A DNA stretch of 64,000 bases from NCBI GenBank assembly GCA_004022145.1, contig RCNU01000001.1; one strand, given 5' to 3'. Below are positions 40,067 through 51,862 of the stretch, piece by piece (within the stretch, counting starts at the first letter, position 1; each line of letters opens with the position of its first letter). A model generated the notes under the pieces. It ran no database searches and was not told where the DNA came from. It saw nothing but the letters and a program-made list of their open reading frames with translations. Both the position numbers and the translations under genes were made by a program. This DNA comes from Paecilomyces variotii (taxonomy: Eukaryota).

Positions 40067-43000
40067 ATGGAGGCCGATTGGGACGAGGTGTGTCGTATCG
40101 CGGTGCCTCCGCCGAGCCCGCATGTCCTGCCTACAATTGCGACAGCGGTCGCATTCGACGATGTCCAGGAACTGCTATGGGTTGGAAATGAATATGTGTG
40201 TCCGCTATTCGCCAATATATATATTTTGTTGCTGACTTGTTTTCTCTTCGTGGTTTCTAGGGCAGGATTACCTCCTTCTACAGTGCGGAATTGCAGAGAT
40301 ACACATCAATCAGAGCGCATCCGGTTTCCGAGGGCGCAGTACGCCAGTTCTTATTCCATGACAGAGGCGTGATTTCGCTATCGTCGAGAAGTGTGCATCT
40401 GATATCTCGACGTGGGTTGACACAATGGCACGTTACACATCAGGAGATGACGGATCTCCGCTGCATGAGCTTCACTGCTCAGACGAACAAGATTATTGTC
40501 GCAGGCAGTCAGCGCGTCATGTTTATTATCGATGTTGACAAGGGCCAGATTGTTGACAAGTTGCCAACGGATTACAACTACACTATCATGAAGAAGAGTC
40601 GGTATCTTTGCGCAGCAACGGATACGGGCTCAGTTAATGCGCTTAGCCTGACGGACTTTAGTGTTGTGAAGAGCTGGAAGGCGCACGGGACAGCGATCAA
40701 TGATATGGATGCGCGAAATGACTTCCTGGTCACTTGTGGCTTCTCAGTGAGGCATCTGGGCTCCCCGATCGTCGATCCGCTGGCCAATGTATACGACTTG
40801 AAAACACTTGCACCTTTACCGCCAATTCCTTTTCACGCCGGCGCTGCCTATGTTCGAATGCATCCGAAGCTACATACTACGAGTTTCGTGGCATCGCAGA
40901 CTGGACAACTGCAGGTCGTGGATCTCATGAATCCTAATACCATCAATCTTCGCCAGGCAAATGTGAGCTTTATGCTAGGCCTTGAGATATCACCATCAGG
41001 AGAAGCTCTAGCTATCAACGACGCAGAGTGCTCCATCCATCTTTGGGGCTCTCCATCTAAGATCCATTTCAACGAGTTGAGTAAGGAGACCGAATTCGCC
41101 GACGTCCCTACGCGACCTCCTATGTTGGACTGGTCTCATGATGCCCCGCTGAATCTTGTCGGAATGCCTTATTATCACGAACGACTCCTCTCCGCCTGGC
41201 CCAGTCATCTCATCTTCGATGTTGGAAGTCCACCAGCCCCGATTGACCAATCTCTAATTCCTTATCTCCGCCCCGCTGAGCTCGGGCATTATGCCCCGAA
41301 TCCAAAGAAGACGCGCAGGAACCAAGTGGAAAATACCCGTGTTTTGACTTCTGCAGAGCCGGCGCTGGTCGCACCCAAGTTCTTGAGTGAAAAGGCTAGA
41401 GAGCAATCCAGATCAAAATCTGACGGCTCTGTTGATGATGCCGCAGAAGCGCTTGCGGGCGCCAAACTCAAGAGTGAAGTCGACGAAGACCCACTACTCA
41501 AGTACAGTAATGTCGAAATCAAATATAGTAAATTTGGAGTCGATGACTTCGATTTTAGGTATGTTATTATGGATGGTGATCTCTGGGTCAATGCGGTATG
41601 CTGATCTAGAGCAGGTACTATAACAAGACGGCATTTTCGGGTCTGGAGACTCATATCGCCAACTCATTCACGAACGCCCTTCTCCAGCTTCTCAAATTCA
41701 TCCCGCTTGTGCGAAATATAGCCCTTCATCATGCTGCCAGCAGTTGTATATTCGAGAACTGCTTGCTTTGTGAGATGGGTTATCTTTTTGACATGCTAGA
41801 TAAAGCGAATGGTCAAAACTGCCAGGCTACCAATCTGCTACGGACATTTAGCAGTTTCCGCGAAGCATCCAATCTAGGACTACTCGAAGAAAATCTGACT
41901 AACAAGGCACTGTCCTCTGCCATCCAGTCGGTTAACCGATTCTTTCTAAGCCAGATCTCGCATGACTACCGCATGGTCCAGCCTAATTCTGATGAGCTGG
42001 ATCAGAAAATTGTAACTATTGCATCGGAAGCCATTCGATGTATGTTCTGTCGAAATGAAATCGTCAGACCTGGAAACGCATTTACGACCGAACTAGTCTA
42101 TCCTGCTCTTGATATCAAACATGCTCGTCGCAATCCGGCTTTCCGTTTCTCCAGCATTCTCAAGGCTAGCATCGAGCGCGAGACGCAGAATCGAGGATGG
42201 TGCAACCACTGCCGACGTTATCAACAGGTCGCGATCAGGAAGACCGTGCATCGCATGCCCCTTGTTATGATGATTAATTCTGCTCTCACAAACCCCATAC
42301 ACCGGCAACTTTGGGCCATCCCAGGCTGGCTACCAGAGGAGGTTGGCGTGCTGGTTGAGAACGGACAAGTCATGTGTTTCGAAGGGGAGGATCTCCGAAC
42401 ACGGGTAAGGAACAATACGCCTGGTCTCCTTGTCTATGAGCTTGTCGGCAGTGTCGCGGAGATAGATCATACAGAACACCAGAAGCCACACTTGGTATCG
42501 TTCATTAACGTGTCTATCTCCGCCCGCGAACCGGAGGAAAGGAGTAGATGGCATCTTTTCAATGACTTCCTCGTTACTGAGGTGGACAAAGATGAGGCTC
42601 TTAAGTTTAATCAGCCATGGAAAATACCGTCTATTCTGGCCTATCAGGTCAAAAGCGCAAGGCATTGCTTGGATGATTCGTGGAAGAACGCTCTCGACAC
42701 TACTCTTCTGTTCCACGAGTGGTCAATGAAGTGAGTAACATTGTCCCAATGAGAACTTGTGCTTTGCTAACTCCTGTTAAAGCGGTGGCCGTCCTGTCGA
42801 GTCTCTGCGTGTACTTTCAACTGACGAAAAGCCGCAACCTGGTACCCCTGTTGCTCTTGATACAGAGTTCGTCGACCTTGAGAAGGCGGAGATCGACGTC
42901 AAAGCAGATGGTTCACAGGAGATTATCAGACCAAGCAGGAGCGGCCTTGCCCGTGTCTCTGTACTGAGAGGCTCTGGAATACAGGAAGGAGTTCCCTTCA

Positions 43001-43710
43001 TTGACGACTACATCACAGTCAAGGAAACCATCGTGGATTATGTCACGCAATATTCGGGTATCAAACCGGGCGATTTGGATCCTAGGACCAGTGAACACAA
43101 TCTGGTTCCGCTTAAGGTCGCGTACAAAAAGCTTTGGCTTCTGCTTAACTTGGGATGTGTCTTTGTGGGACACGGTCTGGCGTCTGACTTCCGCAAGATC
43201 AACATCCAGGTCCCTAAATCCCAGACGGTCGACACACAGTACTTGTTCTTTCAGCCCGGTAAGAACAGACGACTTAGTCTCCGTTATCTTGCGTGGGCCG
43301 TCTTCAAAGAGTACATCCAAGAAGAAAGTACGGAAGTCACAGAAGGCCATGACTCAATCGAGGATGCTCGCATGGCTCTTCGGTTATGGAAGAAGTTCCA
43401 AGAGTATGAAGATGCCGGTATCGTCGCCCAGATGCTAGACGAAATATTCCGCGAAGGATTCAGGCTGGGATTTCGACCCCCACCCCGCAACGGCAATAGT
43501 CTTGCCCGTCCGGGCACCGCAGTCACCATGTCGAATGCAAGCGGTCGCAACACGCCTGATGTCTCTGTCGCTGGAAATCTAAACGGCGGTACGAGTGCAC
43601 CGTCGACTCCTAGACAAGCATTCAGACGTTCTATCGCCCTAACGCCAAGTAATGGTACCTTTTCTGGTCCTGGCACGGGAGACTTTTTTGGCGGTAGTCC
43701 ACTAAGGTAA
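40067..43710 (+). CDS. pan2: Pan2 deadenylase subunit (WD40 + pseudo-USP + DEDD exonuclease)
   Basis: MEADWDE start; [21 protein letters not shown]; exonuclease motifs [28 protein letters not shown] and GHDSIEDA. Confidence 0.96.
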
Positions 43711-44018
43711 AACGGACTGCAGCTGGCATGATGATGATTCCTGATTCCGATTACAGTAGTGAGATGACACGACGTCTATGGAAGATCGGATCTTTCTCCA
43801 ATAGCGTTTCAGTGACAATGTTAGCATATTGATGGAAATGAGTGACCTATACCGTGACCGCATGGGATAAAATTATTATTTTTGCCTAGATAGCTATACT
43901 CAAGAAAGAAAGAAAGAAAGAAACATTGGTTAGTCTTGAAAGAAATACTCGTTTGTTTGTTGTTGTTCCATTTCTATAAATACTCCATACCATAACTATC
44001 AGAGCTTATCTGAAGCAT

Positions 44019-44034
44019 TGACGTCATGACGTCA
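44019..44034. promoter_or_regulatory. Tandem perfect CRE palindrome (TGACGTCA)x2
   Basis: TGACGTCATGACGTCA read directly, upstream of the cupin gene. Near-matches at 44231-44238 and 44254-44261. Confidence 0.55.
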
Positions 44035-44106
44035 TTATTCAGGTCATCCCGCTTAGAGCGAGAACGGCCATTCTTAAGTTAAGTTAGGAGGTCCTTTTGA
44101 GTCAGC

Positions 44107-44133
44107 AATAATAATAATAATAATAATAATAAT
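44107..44133. repeat. (AAT)9 microsatellite
   Basis: Read directly from the sequence. Confidence 0.9.
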
Positions 44134-44416
44134 CAGGATTTCGTTTTCAGGCTGTCCGAAGATCACTGATTGTCTAGATCCGGCAAGTTGGAATGACGGT
44201 ATACCATACATGGTAACACTAACGGGTCAATGACGTCCAAGAACGGCGTGGCAGGACGTCACGGAGGCTGGATTTGATGCTCGTATACCACTCATGTTAA
44301 TCGAATTCGGCTTTACGATCCGTAATCGAGACCCCTCTCTCGATTCCCAGCCAATTTATACCCGTGTGTTCCATGTATCGAGTACTTAACCCTTATATAG
44401 TGAAGTGTGGCTAGCC

Positions 44417-45191
44417 ATGTCTGTATTATTCCCACGCCAGCTGAAGATATCATCTACTTTGTCATCACCCCTTCGAGGTGCTCACCTTATCGGTTTAAAT
44501 TATTATATCCTCAAACCATCTCGTCTTGCTTCCGCTGTGTCCTCCCGACAGGTCCGTTCGAAGTCTTCGCAAGCTCCTTCATCGAGGCCATTTAGCTCGA
44601 CCTCCGCAACCATGGCCGAATTCCCGACTCCCTCTAGGGACCCTCCAAAGCATGAAATGGCATACTTTCCCCAGATCACGAGTAGCCTGCCCTCGAAGAA
44701 TTCCGAGTTCAGACGAGTCCTCTGGACAGGCTTGTACTCGCAGCTTGTGCTCATGAACGTTCCCGTTGGCGGTGAAATCGGAGACGAGGTGAGAGAAAAA
44801 CTCGCAATATACCGGAACTTTATTATTACGCCGTGTTGGGAACAAACGCATTCTAACCTTTCCCTTCTCATAGATCCATACTGTCGACCAAGCTCTCACT
44901 TTCACTTCCGGAACAGGACGCGCGACCGTCGCTGGTAAGGATCAGGATGTCAAAGCAGGCGATATGGTCATTGTCCCTGCAGGAACGCAGCATCAGTTCA
45001 TCAACACTGGTGATACTCCATTGATCCTTTATACGTTGTACTCGCCTGCGGAGCATGCGCCGACAACTGTGCATAAGGACAAGGCTCAGGGCGATAGGGA
45101 AGAGGAGGAAGGTATTGATAAAGCTCCCGAATGGAGCCGCAGAAGCAAGAAGGATAATGAAGCTATGGGCCTTGTCAAGGGAGAGGATTAA
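44417..45191 (+). CDS. Cupin-domain protein, 2 exons (alternative start at 44612)
   Basis: FRRVLWTGLYSQLVLMNVPVGGEIGDE/IHTVDQALTFTSG...AGDMVIVPAGTQHQFINTGDTPLILYTLYSPAEH corresponds to cupin motifs 1 and 2. Confidence 0.88.
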
Positions 45192-45725
45192 GTGCATGAT
45201 TCGACGGTGGAAATCCCGAGGAATATGTCATGATAGGTAATAGGTAATAATGAGAATGCAGTACTGTATAAGCTATGCCGGTTGATTCGCATTCTTGTTT
45301 GCACCAACTGGTTGCAACATGTAATATGGAGTATTGTACCTCGTCTCAGTCATGTGTGGGGGTTGTCGCTAATGAACCCATTCTAGCTTGGTCTAGTGTA
45401 ATGCTTCGATCAAAAAGGGGGTCAGCTTTGATGGGAAATGCGCATTAAATAGGGCCGCTATTCAGAAGACTTCGCAAGTATTAATACTCTAGGCAACTGG
45501 AATATGGGTGCATCTTGTAAGTCACAGAGTTGCACGTTGTTGCCTAACTAACTACCTAAGTATACTACTTGCTACTTAGTGAAACTGTGGGGACAGAACA
45601 TATCTCGAAAACATAGAAATAGGCAACACTGCGTCCTGTCCATTGAATATGCTTTCATTATCTTTGACAAACCAGTCGATCTGAACTTTGAAAGCTGTTT
45701 CACTCAATTGCACAATCCTGCTGAC

Positions 45726-47207
45726 ATGTCGCAGTCATATCAGGATGGGTCTTGCATGCTGTCTCCTATCGACCAGCTGATGCCAAGGATATATACCACC
45801 CTATTTCTTGTCTACGAAACAGACCAGTATGAAAAGGCCGTGAGAAAGCTGAACGAGGGCTTAGCCAAGGCCACCTCCCTCCTTCCATTTCTCAGGGGCT
45901 CTGTTCACAAGTCACCCGACGACTGCAATCCACGCAATCAGTTGTCGCTATCGTGGTCGTCTCAGGATCAGCCGCCAGCTGTGGTCGAGATCCCCGCTCC
46001 AGAGTCTCTACCAAGTTTCGAGACGCTGAAGCTGGGTAAAGCGCCGCTATCCGTCTTCCAAGATGGCCTTAGTCCTGTACCAATGGTCATTGACCACCAG
46101 ACTCCAGGCGCAAGAGCACCGGCCCTCGTGGTCGGAGCTACACGCCTGGAAGGGGGTTTGATACTATGTCTGTGCGCTCACCACGTCGTCCTGGACGGTG
46201 CGGGAATGGGCTTGTTTCTCAAGCTCTGGGGCGACTGCACCAGAGACGAGCCGAACAGTGCTCATTTCGATCCCGGGGAAGTCTATCACAGGGAGCCCTG
46301 GCTACGGGATGCCAGCGGTTATTTCGCCGGGACCAAGCCGAAAGCTACTCTTGAGGAGCTTCTCCTTCGACATCCGGAATACGCTCTTCGGTCTCTGAGC
46401 TCGGCTCCATCGTCAGTGTCGACCAATATCCCTGGCCACCCAGTTAAGTGTGCGGCCAAGATCTTTGCCTTTTCCGGCGCCAAGTTACAGGAGATCAAGC
46501 AGGCCATGAGCAGTTCGATCCCGGCCAAGTTCCTAACGGTCAACAACGTCCTGGGAGCTGCCCTGTGGCTCTGCATCACACGTATTCGGCTCGGACGCAT
46601 GCGCCGCGACGGCCTCGCAACAGTGACAGGTTCTACCACCTCGAAGCTTGGTTTTGCCATTAATGCACGCTCGAGGTTAGGTCCCGCCGCGTCGAACAAG
46701 TCATACGTGGGCAACTTGACTATGCTCAAGGTTGTCGAGTTCACTGCTACTAAGCTGGATAGCATTGCTGGGAATGCCATGGCCAGCCCTGCAGCCGCCG
46801 ACCTATCGCCCATGGTACCGGTTATCAGCGCCATTGCTACAGCGACAGCCGCGGTGACAGCAACACACGTCGGCGAGATTATAGCGTTTGCGGATCACCT
46901 CGCGGACGTTGAGGATGTCGGGCCCGGGTGGAACTCGTCCCATTGTTTGGATCTGACATATACAAGCTGGGCAGACTTAGGGATGTACGATTGCGATTTC
47001 GGGCCCAGTTTAGGGGGTAAGCCGCGGTACGTCAGGATCCCATATATGCCTTATATTGACGGCATGGTACTTGCCTTACCGAGACGCAGGCTGGTGGATC
47101 CTCTAGATGGAAAGGCTATAGAGAGAATCGAGGTTGCTGTCATGCTGAACGAGCGAGATATGCGCGCACTGGAGGAGGACGAGATATTGCGAAGCTGGAG
47201 TGTTTAA
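45726..47207 (+). CDS. BAHD/Tri101-like acyl-CoA-dependent O-acyltransferase, intronless
   Basis: LSPIDQLMPR N-terminus, catalytic HxxxDG (HHVVLDG), C-terminal YDCDFGPSLGGKPRYVR (DFGWG-like). Confidence 0.88.
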   Translation: MSQSYQDGSCMLSPIDQLMPRIYTTLFLVYETDQYEKAVRKLNEGLAKATSLLPFLRGSVHKSPDDCNPRNQLSLSWSSQDQPPAVVEIPAPESLPSFETLKLGKAPLSVFQDGLSPVPMVIDHQTPGARAPALVVGATRLEGGLILCLCAHHVVLDGAGMGLFLKLWGDCTRDEPNSAHFDPGEVYHREPWLRDASGYFAGTKPKATLEELLLRHPEYALRSLSSAPSSVSTNIPGHPVKCAAKIFAFSGAKLQEIKQAMSSSIPAKFLTVNNVLGAALWLCITRIRLGRMRRDGLATVTGSTTSKLGFAINARSRLGPAASNKSYVGNLTMLKVVEFTATKLDSIAGNAMASPAAADLSPMVPVISAIATATAAVTATHVGEIIAFADHLADVEDVGPGWNSSHCLDLTYTSWADLGMYDCDFGPSLGGKPRYVRIPYMPYIDGMVLALPRRRLVDPLDGKAIERIEVAVMLNERDMRALEEDEILRSWSV

Positions 47208-47746
47208 CATATCGAATTGTCATCTTCGTGAGCAGACCGGTGTCATGCCTACTTCAACCTTGTTCATAGCTAGGTAGACGGGAGGTGCCTCTTGTATTCG
47301 CAGATGAAACGAGTTGATATCCTGACCATGCTCATCCGGTATATTTTGGCCGTTTGTGAGGGTTGAACAGTCTAGCTTGTAAAGGAGAGTTGGATCAACA
47401 TTCCGAGAATCGCGGTCCATCGTAAATATATAACCATTTGACTGGGCGCTTGATAGTCTTCTCTAGGGTTCAACCAGAGGCTTGATGCTTCATCCGCGGG
47501 AAGTGACGTGGGATCGTTGCTGGATCCACATGACGGGCTTTCCAAGAACCCCTCCTCAGCTGGTAGCCATCGCAAGTTCTTCACGGCTACAGCGCCGCGA
47601 TTCTGCTTGGTTATAGACACGTTTGGTTTGGTCTTCTTATACCGGTCAGTTAGTCGGTTTATCCCACGACTTCTATTCCCACAGCGGCAATTTCTGTCCG
47701 ACAGAGCAACAATCCATCCCCCCGCTCCCCCCCACCTCAGTGCATA

Positions 47747-50536
47747 ATGTCTCGGCATCGCATGAAGACGCTCAGCTACGACGATGAGGATCTCGATGAC
47801 GAAGACTACGAATCGGCCGATGCTGAAGAGCAGGAGCTGCTGGAGCAGTATACCAGTGAAGTTCTCAATCAGTTACGAGCAGGTCAACCATCTGCGAGCG
47901 CGTCCAGAGAAGAGGTACAAGAGGCGTTATGGCACTACTATAACGACGTGGACAAGTCTGTCAATTATCTGAGAAGTATGTGTGGTCTTTTCCTCACTAC
48001 AGATCTATGTTGGGTCATTTGATAATCGATTCCGCCACTGACATTGCTATGCCGCAGACAAGAAGGCGAAGGAGTTGAAGAAACAACAACCTGCTCCTGC
48101 AACCAAATCCAAAGGGTCAGCTGGTAAGTTCTTTCTGTTTGGTTCTTGTCGTAATCATGACTGGGCTCGGTTGTCTACGGTCCCGTTCAATTTCCTTCTA
48201 CACTGTCGGTGTATCCAGAATCGCAAGGTAGGTTGGAATCCTTTGCTTGCTTTTTTCTTTAACGTACCAACTGACAGCTTATTCAAGTGCGGAAAATTCT
48301 AACAGGGCCTCCAGTTTCAGCATATCCTGCACCTCCTATCTCCTCTGCGCCTTGCTCTGCACACCTATCCGCCGCAGATTTCTTTCGTGATTCGCCATGG
48401 TTGAACGTCCCAGCACATCGCAAAGCGGATATACTCGTTGAACCTTTGTATCCCCGCCTTAGACTGTTAGGTGGAGCCCCTGAAAGTAGCGGAAAGGTGT
48501 CGAAGCTGGCTGCGTTGGCTGCTGCGCGCAAGAAGAAAGAAGCTGGTAAACCGGCGGCCACCATTCCCGGGCCTGCAGACCAGCCACCAGCAGAAACACC
48601 AAAGGAGCCTACTGGTCCTTCCCTGACGTTGCAGGAAAGGCTTCGAGGCAATGCTAAAGACCGGCTGGTTGGTGAACATGGGGGTAGGCTGCGCTCTCTG
48701 GGAAAGGGCCTCAATGGATCACGCACGGGGCAGAAAAAACCATCTCCTGAACCCGAAAAGCAAGAGGAGCAGACCCTGTCAGCAGCGAATGAAAATCTGG
48801 TCGACAGGGAAGAAGACAAGAAGCTTCCTGTTACTACGGATATCAAAGCGCCGCCCTCTACCTTCGCCTCGGTCATTGTTGGGGACACGACGCATCCTGC
48901 GACTCCCGAGCCCAGTCATTTGACTTCAAATAGCATTGATGTTATGAGAGTCTACGGACAAGATCTTACTGAAGTCTTTGACTTTGCAGGACCCAGCCCC
49001 GATGATGTCGTACAGAATGCGCAAAGCGCATCTAAAGGTTTGGCGATTCGCAGACGCATATAAAACCCCACCTAATCGCATGCAGGTCTCAAAACAAAGC
49101 ATGGCGTTTCCCAGCCTGTGGGTGACAAGAAAAAGCAGGCCGACTTGGCTGCTGGAATGAAAGCCCTAGCGGTGGAAGAACCTGTCAACGTAAAGAGCAA
49201 AAATCTAGATGTGTTGGCAGAATATAAGAAATCACAAACAAAGAAAGCTGCAAACTTTGTGGTGATAGGTAAGTTTTCTCTTTTCTTTTCCCGGTTATGC
49301 TAAACGGCCCGCTCACGATAAGATGTAGGACATGTTGATGCAGGAAAGAGTACATTAATGGGCCGTCTGCTTGCCGATTTGAATGCAGTAGACCAGAGAA
49401 CCTTGGAGAAATACCGTAAAGAAGCAGAGAAGATTGGCAAAGGATCTTTTGCTCTGGCATGGGTCCTTGATCAGAGCTCTGAAGAGCGGGCTCGCGGAGT
49501 CACCATTGACATCGCGACCAACAAATTCGAGACCGAAAAGACGCGTTTCACCATCGTGGATGCACCTGGCCATCGAGACTTCGTACCCAACATGATTGCA
49601 GGTGCTAGTCAGGCAGACTTCGCCGTGCTGGTCATTGATTCTGGCACCGGCAATTTCGAATCAGGCTTGAAGGGCCAGACCAAGGAACACGCATTGTTAG
49701 TACGCAGTATGGGCGTACAGAAGATCGTGGTTGCTGTCAATAAGATGGACTCAGTTGATTGGTCCAAAGATCGTTATGAGGAGATTGAGCAGCAGATATC
49801 TTCTTTCTTGACAACTGCTGGTTTCCAGGAGAAGAACATCTCATTCGTCCCCTGTTCAGGGTTCCATGGAGATAACATCACCCGGCGCAGTGACAACCCA
49901 AATGCGTCTTGGTACACAGGACGCACCTTGATTGAGGAGCTCGAGACGTCAGAACCTTACACACACGCTCTCGAAAAGCCGCTCCGCATGACTATCGCGG
50001 ATGTTTTCCGGGGCGGCGTGCAAAGCCCGGTCTCCATATCTGGCCGCATAGACGCGGGAAGTCTGCAGATTGGCGACCAGATACTCACCATGCCTAGTGG
50101 CGAGAAGGCAGTTATCAAGAGTCTGGAGGTTGACGGTGAGCCTAGCGAATGGGCGGTGGCGGGACAGAATGTGGTGTTGAATCTAGCCAACATCGATCCA
50201 ATCCACCTGCGCTCCGGAGATGTCATCTGCACACCAACGTCTCCCGTACAGAATATTACTACATTTACTACGAAAGTGTTGGCATTTGATCATCTGATGC
50301 CTATGCTAGTAGACATCCATCGCGGGCGCCTCCACGTTCCGGGACGTATCAGCCGACTAGTGGCCACACTTGACAAGGGAACCGGAGCACCCGTGAAGAA
50401 GAAGCCGAAGATTATACCGCCAGGAACGGTGGCGAGGATCGTTGTCGAGATGGACCAGGCAATTCCCCTGGAGGCACCAGCGAGAATTGTTCTGCGTGCC
50501 AGTGGTGACACAGTTGCCGCTGGATTGCTTGAATAG
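47747..50536 (+). CDS. hbs1: Translational GTPase Hbs1, with an internal Ski7-motif exon
   Basis: HBS1-N domain (EALWHYYNDVDKSV); G1 GHVDAGKSTLMG, ERARGVTIDI, DAPGHRDF and NKMD; eEF1A-like domains II and III. Confidence 0.95.
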
Positions 50537-51312
50537 ACCGAGCTTATGCGGGATATGAGATACGACTTGGCGAGTTTCTCTAGGATCTTAGGAATAGATA
50601 CCATTTTCAGGCTCAGGAATAGGCAGCGGCAATGCGCACAGATCAGTTCAGGATTCGCAAGTGAAGATCTTACTGTGGATTGCCTACTTTCTAAAACAAT
50701 CTTCGTATTATTCTAGAGTGTGTGCAGAGGCAAAGGCATCAATGTGATGGCGAAGTCGTGTAGGCAACATGGGGGAGCCACAGGTACGAAGCTCCCAGGC
50801 ATTTTATGAGTCGTCATACCTAACTGAAGCATGAAGCCACTTGGTCAGTTAGGATCTCCCTAGTTCGCCTCTTTGTCCTCTGCCACCGCCCCCAAGGCGC
50901 ATGGTTCGTGCGGGGCGAGGCTTGTTGCCGGGGGCCTTGTAGAAGTTAACACGTTGAAAGATGATGAGATGCTACTACTTGTCCTTTTCTTGTCGTTTCC
51001 ATCTGTAGAAACGCGATTCAGGTGCTGTGGATCGCCTAGCGATGGTGACAGAACGTAGTACTATGTACTATTCTAGAGGTATGTTCTGAGGCGATGCCAA
51101 GGAGTAATCAATTATGGTACTCTAAGCTGGGAAGCGAACATGTATGGGGCTCCACAAGTCTGACCCGAAGATCCTACCATCTGAGATAGATATCATGTCT
51201 CCGCTGAACATTGGAGAAGTAACGCTTTGTTACTGTGAAGATCCAGATGCCTGCAAACGGAGGCGACAAAGCTGGGATTCCTGAGTGAATCAGGGACGGC
51301 CAGTGTAGTTTC

Positions 51313-51319
51313 CAGCGTG
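51313..51319 (+). promoter_or_regulatory. Candidate UPRE-1 core (CAGCGTG) in the bipA promoter
   Basis: Exact match to the yeast KAR2 UPRE core, about 550 bp upstream of the BiP ATG. CCAAT boxes lie near 51511 and 51592. The motif is short and could be chance. Confidence 0.3.
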
Positions 51320-51862
51320 CTCTAGGGCTGAAGTGCCGCAATAATAATAACAATAATGGGTTCTCTGGTGGTTTTCTACCGGATTCTACCGCGGCGCAGC
51401 TAAACCCGGACGAGTAAACTGCGAATTATATTATTTGTTCTATCCAGAACGACGATTTCCCGGATGGCGGTCGACCTGCTGAGTCAGCAGCTGCTAGCCT
51501 CCGCATCCAGCCAATCGCCACGCGAGAAGTAACCTTAAATGCGCTCCCGCGAAAAGGCCAGCATGGCCGGAGTGGCTCGTTCGCCGCGAGGCCAATACAA
51601 GAACCAACCTGGCCGTGACTTCTCTTCCTTCTCCAGCCAACTGACTCTTCCTTTACCTCCCTCACCCCCTCTTGTCTTTCTCCATTCTTCCCCTCTGCTC
51701 ATCCGGAGTGGTTTGGAGATAGCCTGATCCTCCTGTCTGGACCAGGAAGCGAGACTGGGAATCGAATCTCGAGAGCTCAGCACAGCTGGAAACAGCGCGT
51801 CTTGAAGCTCGAACAGATCGTTTTGAGTTGTCCTCCGGCTCTGCGCTGGCCATATACACATA

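Noticed and set aside
45726..47207. Acyltransferase as a tailoring enzyme for the terpene synthase
   Set aside because: It is about 20 kb away across four unrelated genes, and there is no oxidase nearby to supply a hydroxyl group.
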